A DNA stretch of 55,503 nt, filler included, from Platydemus manokwari (lineage: Eukaryota): NCBI GenBank assembly GCA_037951405.1. It is 5 parts of 5 records of this genome, joined end to end, with 100 filler letters (N's around TTAATTAATTAA, not from the genome) between each part and the next. Parts side by side here need not be neighbours in the genome. Positions count along the whole stretch, not along the records: positions 38,238 to 55,503 come from JBBMOY011109219.1; 4 more parts are not named here. One strand, written 5' to 3'. The notes beneath the pieces were generated by a model. The model did no database searches, was not told where the DNA came from, and saw only the letters and a list, made by a program, of their open reading frames with translations. Position numbers and translations under genes: made by a program. The stretch's first letter is position 1. Each line of letters begins with the position of its first letter. Positions 53,101 through 55,503 of the stretch are shown one piece after another.

Positions 53101-54550
53101 TTAAATAACTTCGGTTTTTGATGAATTTTTCTTGTTACAACATCGAAATTTTTTCTTCAAATAAAAATAAAACAATTGCGTCATTTCAAATAATCCTCAT
53201 TCCCAACCACAATCCCATCAAACCTCCAACATCCGACAGTAATTGTGAGAAATTGTAAGCATGTTAGTCTTTATAAAAATCCGAATATTTTCTTGGACCT
53301 GTCAAAATGATCTCCATCACATTATTATTTAATATATTCAAGAAATCTTTGTTTTCTCGATCATCTGGATAATATTTTGAATGGAATGTCTTAATTTTCT
53401 GTTAACCAAAATCGTTTATTATACGAGAATTTTCAAATAACTCTGTTTCAACAAACTAAATTTATAACTAATAAAATTACATTTCGTTGGTTTATACTTC
53501 CTGCCAGCATATTTAATTTAAAAAAATATTTAATTCATTAGTTAGTTCGTTATATATGCATTTGTCATTTATTTTGATACCCACCTGTGACAGTGATGTA
53601 TGATTGAAACCCAACCTCGGATATTTATAGTTAGATTTTACAAAAGGAAACCTAGACGAGTAATAACAGCACTTTTTCAATGCCAACTTTTGTAACTCGA
53701 CTTGAAAACAATCTAGAGAGTTTCCTTCATAAAAACCTGTCTTCTGAAAGAATATTTAATACAATTCTGTTACAAATATGTTATATCGACACCGTCTTAT
53801 CTCACTGGAATAATGAAATATATATAATGAAATGAGATATATCCAATGAATATTTGTGTCCTGGAAATAGAATTATTGGTTTTCCATGGGATATCACATT
53901 CTCTTTGCTGATGTATAAATAAATTGATTTGGGATTATAACTTTCATGATCCAACTTGAGAATCATTTCAATAAATCTGATATAATTATTTTGATTCAAC
54001 ATATTCTTCTTTAGTTTTAAAACAGACACGGGATGTTGAAACCAATCTAAACAAATTTATTTGGTAGTTCACCTGATGATGATTGGAATGACTGTAATAT
54101 TTTAACTTTCTCATAATCATTTATATTAGATTTTGATTTGCCCACATGAATTTGAAAATGTTTGATATAATATCTAAAATCGAAATTCATTTTTCTGCAT
54201 ATCAACACTGGTCATCATTACCTTGTTCAGAAGATATTCTTTAACAGCTTTATATTTGTCTTTAATCTCCTTCCAGATCTGATGTTGAGTAGAATTAAAT
54301 TTTATGTACAATGGAGCTGATGGAAATTCAAATTGTTGGTTCAGACCAAACAAATGATTTATGTTTCAAGTTATAAGTCATTGTATTTGGAATGTCTAAA
54401 AATTTCATTGTCACGCTTGTAGTATTATATAAAAACACCACAAATACCACAAAAGAGTAAAACCATCCAAATGGTTTTATGAACTCTATTTCTTGTTGAA
54501 TAGATATTGGTGACACCATGAATGGTGCCGTTTTTTAAAAGAGTGTTCAT
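53101..54550 (-). pseudogene. DEG/ENaC (amiloride-sensitive channel family) gene, intronless and disrupted
   Basis: N-terminal TIHG motif and TM1 (NGTIHGVTNI...IWMVLLFCGICGVF), post-TM1 EPTI* (TGA at the position of the conserved Cys), Cys-rich thumb-like DCFQVELQKLALKKCC, and TM2 AYNFSQLLSDVGGLMGLWLG. Several stops and frameshifts over ~1.45 kb. Confidence 0.88.
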
Positions 54551-55503
54551 AAGGAATTACTACAATAATAAGTTCGATAAATATAATCTATAAATATCAA
54601 TAAATAATCTGTAATCCAATAAGAATTCATCCAATCAAAAAGTAATGAAGAAAATATAAAATTATGTTTCACAAATCAGATACTTGAAGATTAATAAATA
54701 AATTTCAGGAAAATGAATTTAAACTGACAGTAGATTTTGTAAAATAGAGAAAACACTATATATCAATAGATAAAGGAATATTTACAAGCAATTTGAAATG
54801 AACGAAAACCCACACTGACAATTATCGGATTTTCATATCCATTTATTATTGGTTATCAAAAGTCACTTTTATCAATAGATATATGTGATGTAATTAAATA
54901 AGCCGATATCATTCGTTTATTCTCTTAATTTATTATTCAATCACTTGGATCATAATCGAAATTCTCATTTGAAATTTCAAAATTTTCATTTATTCTTCTT
55001 GTTTTGTTTCCATGATTCGGATTCTTAGGGAAACTATGTCCATTGATGTGCTAAATACATCTTTTATATTGCAATGTATTCTTGTCTTGCATTTCCGCCT
55101 AAAATACTAATATATGCAAGGTTAGTTACATCAATAATTTTGCTAAGAATTTCGCAAGTTCATTTGTAACAAAAGAGTGAATTAAAAACAGATTAATTGT
55201 TATAAATCGATGTTAAACTTTAAAGGTTTCACAATATTTATATTTTCACATTAACAAAATTTTGAAAAGAAAAAAAGCTTTTATAATAAGAAAATAATAA
55301 TATTTACAGGAATATTTCCTTTAAAACAAGTATTTGGATTTTTAGAAAGTTATAACAGATTGTTAGATCTAATGAAATATTGATAACAAGAAAATGTTTT
55401 AGGGATAATGACAACTTATAGATTGTTGAAAATCTACTTGATCGTCATCAGTCATTATTATATTACTTGATCCATTTTCATTTAAACGTTTCACATAAAA
55501 TCT

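Noticed and set aside
1-55503. CRISPR arrays, rRNA/tRNA genes, prokaryotic operons or defence systems
   Set aside because: None seen; the sequence is intron-containing eukaryotic DNA. A tRNAscan-SE or Infernal run would be needed to exclude small ncRNAs.

Overview
AT-rich eukaryotic (animal) genomic DNA, not prokaryotic. The many 45-60 bp GT-AG introns and the TE mix suggest a flatworm such as a planarian, but that is inference only. The window is not one locus: four identical 100-bp linkers (44 N + TTAATTAATTAA + 44 N) join five contigs (1-9141, 9242-19376, 19477-28941, 29042-38137, 38238-55503). Spliced genes reconstructed by hand: the 3' part of a beta-spectrin (9 exons, ending in a PH domain); a convergent pair of paralogous ~203-aa secreted proteins with a possible TULIP/lipid-binding fold; PGAM5 (3 exons); and a 6-exon secreted F-type lectin + PAN/apple protein, whose upstream region and exon 1 are duplicated as an inverted, frameshifted copy facing the gene. 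There is also an intronless, disrupted DEG/ENaC channel pseudogene. Mobile-element remnants include three Ty3/Gypsy relics, two solo LTRs with 4-bp TSDs, a hAT/Buster transposase, a Mos1-like mariner end, two R2/NeSL-type (RLE) non-LTR elements and several small TA- or TTAA-flanked MITEs. All alignments, counts and splice models were done by eye.
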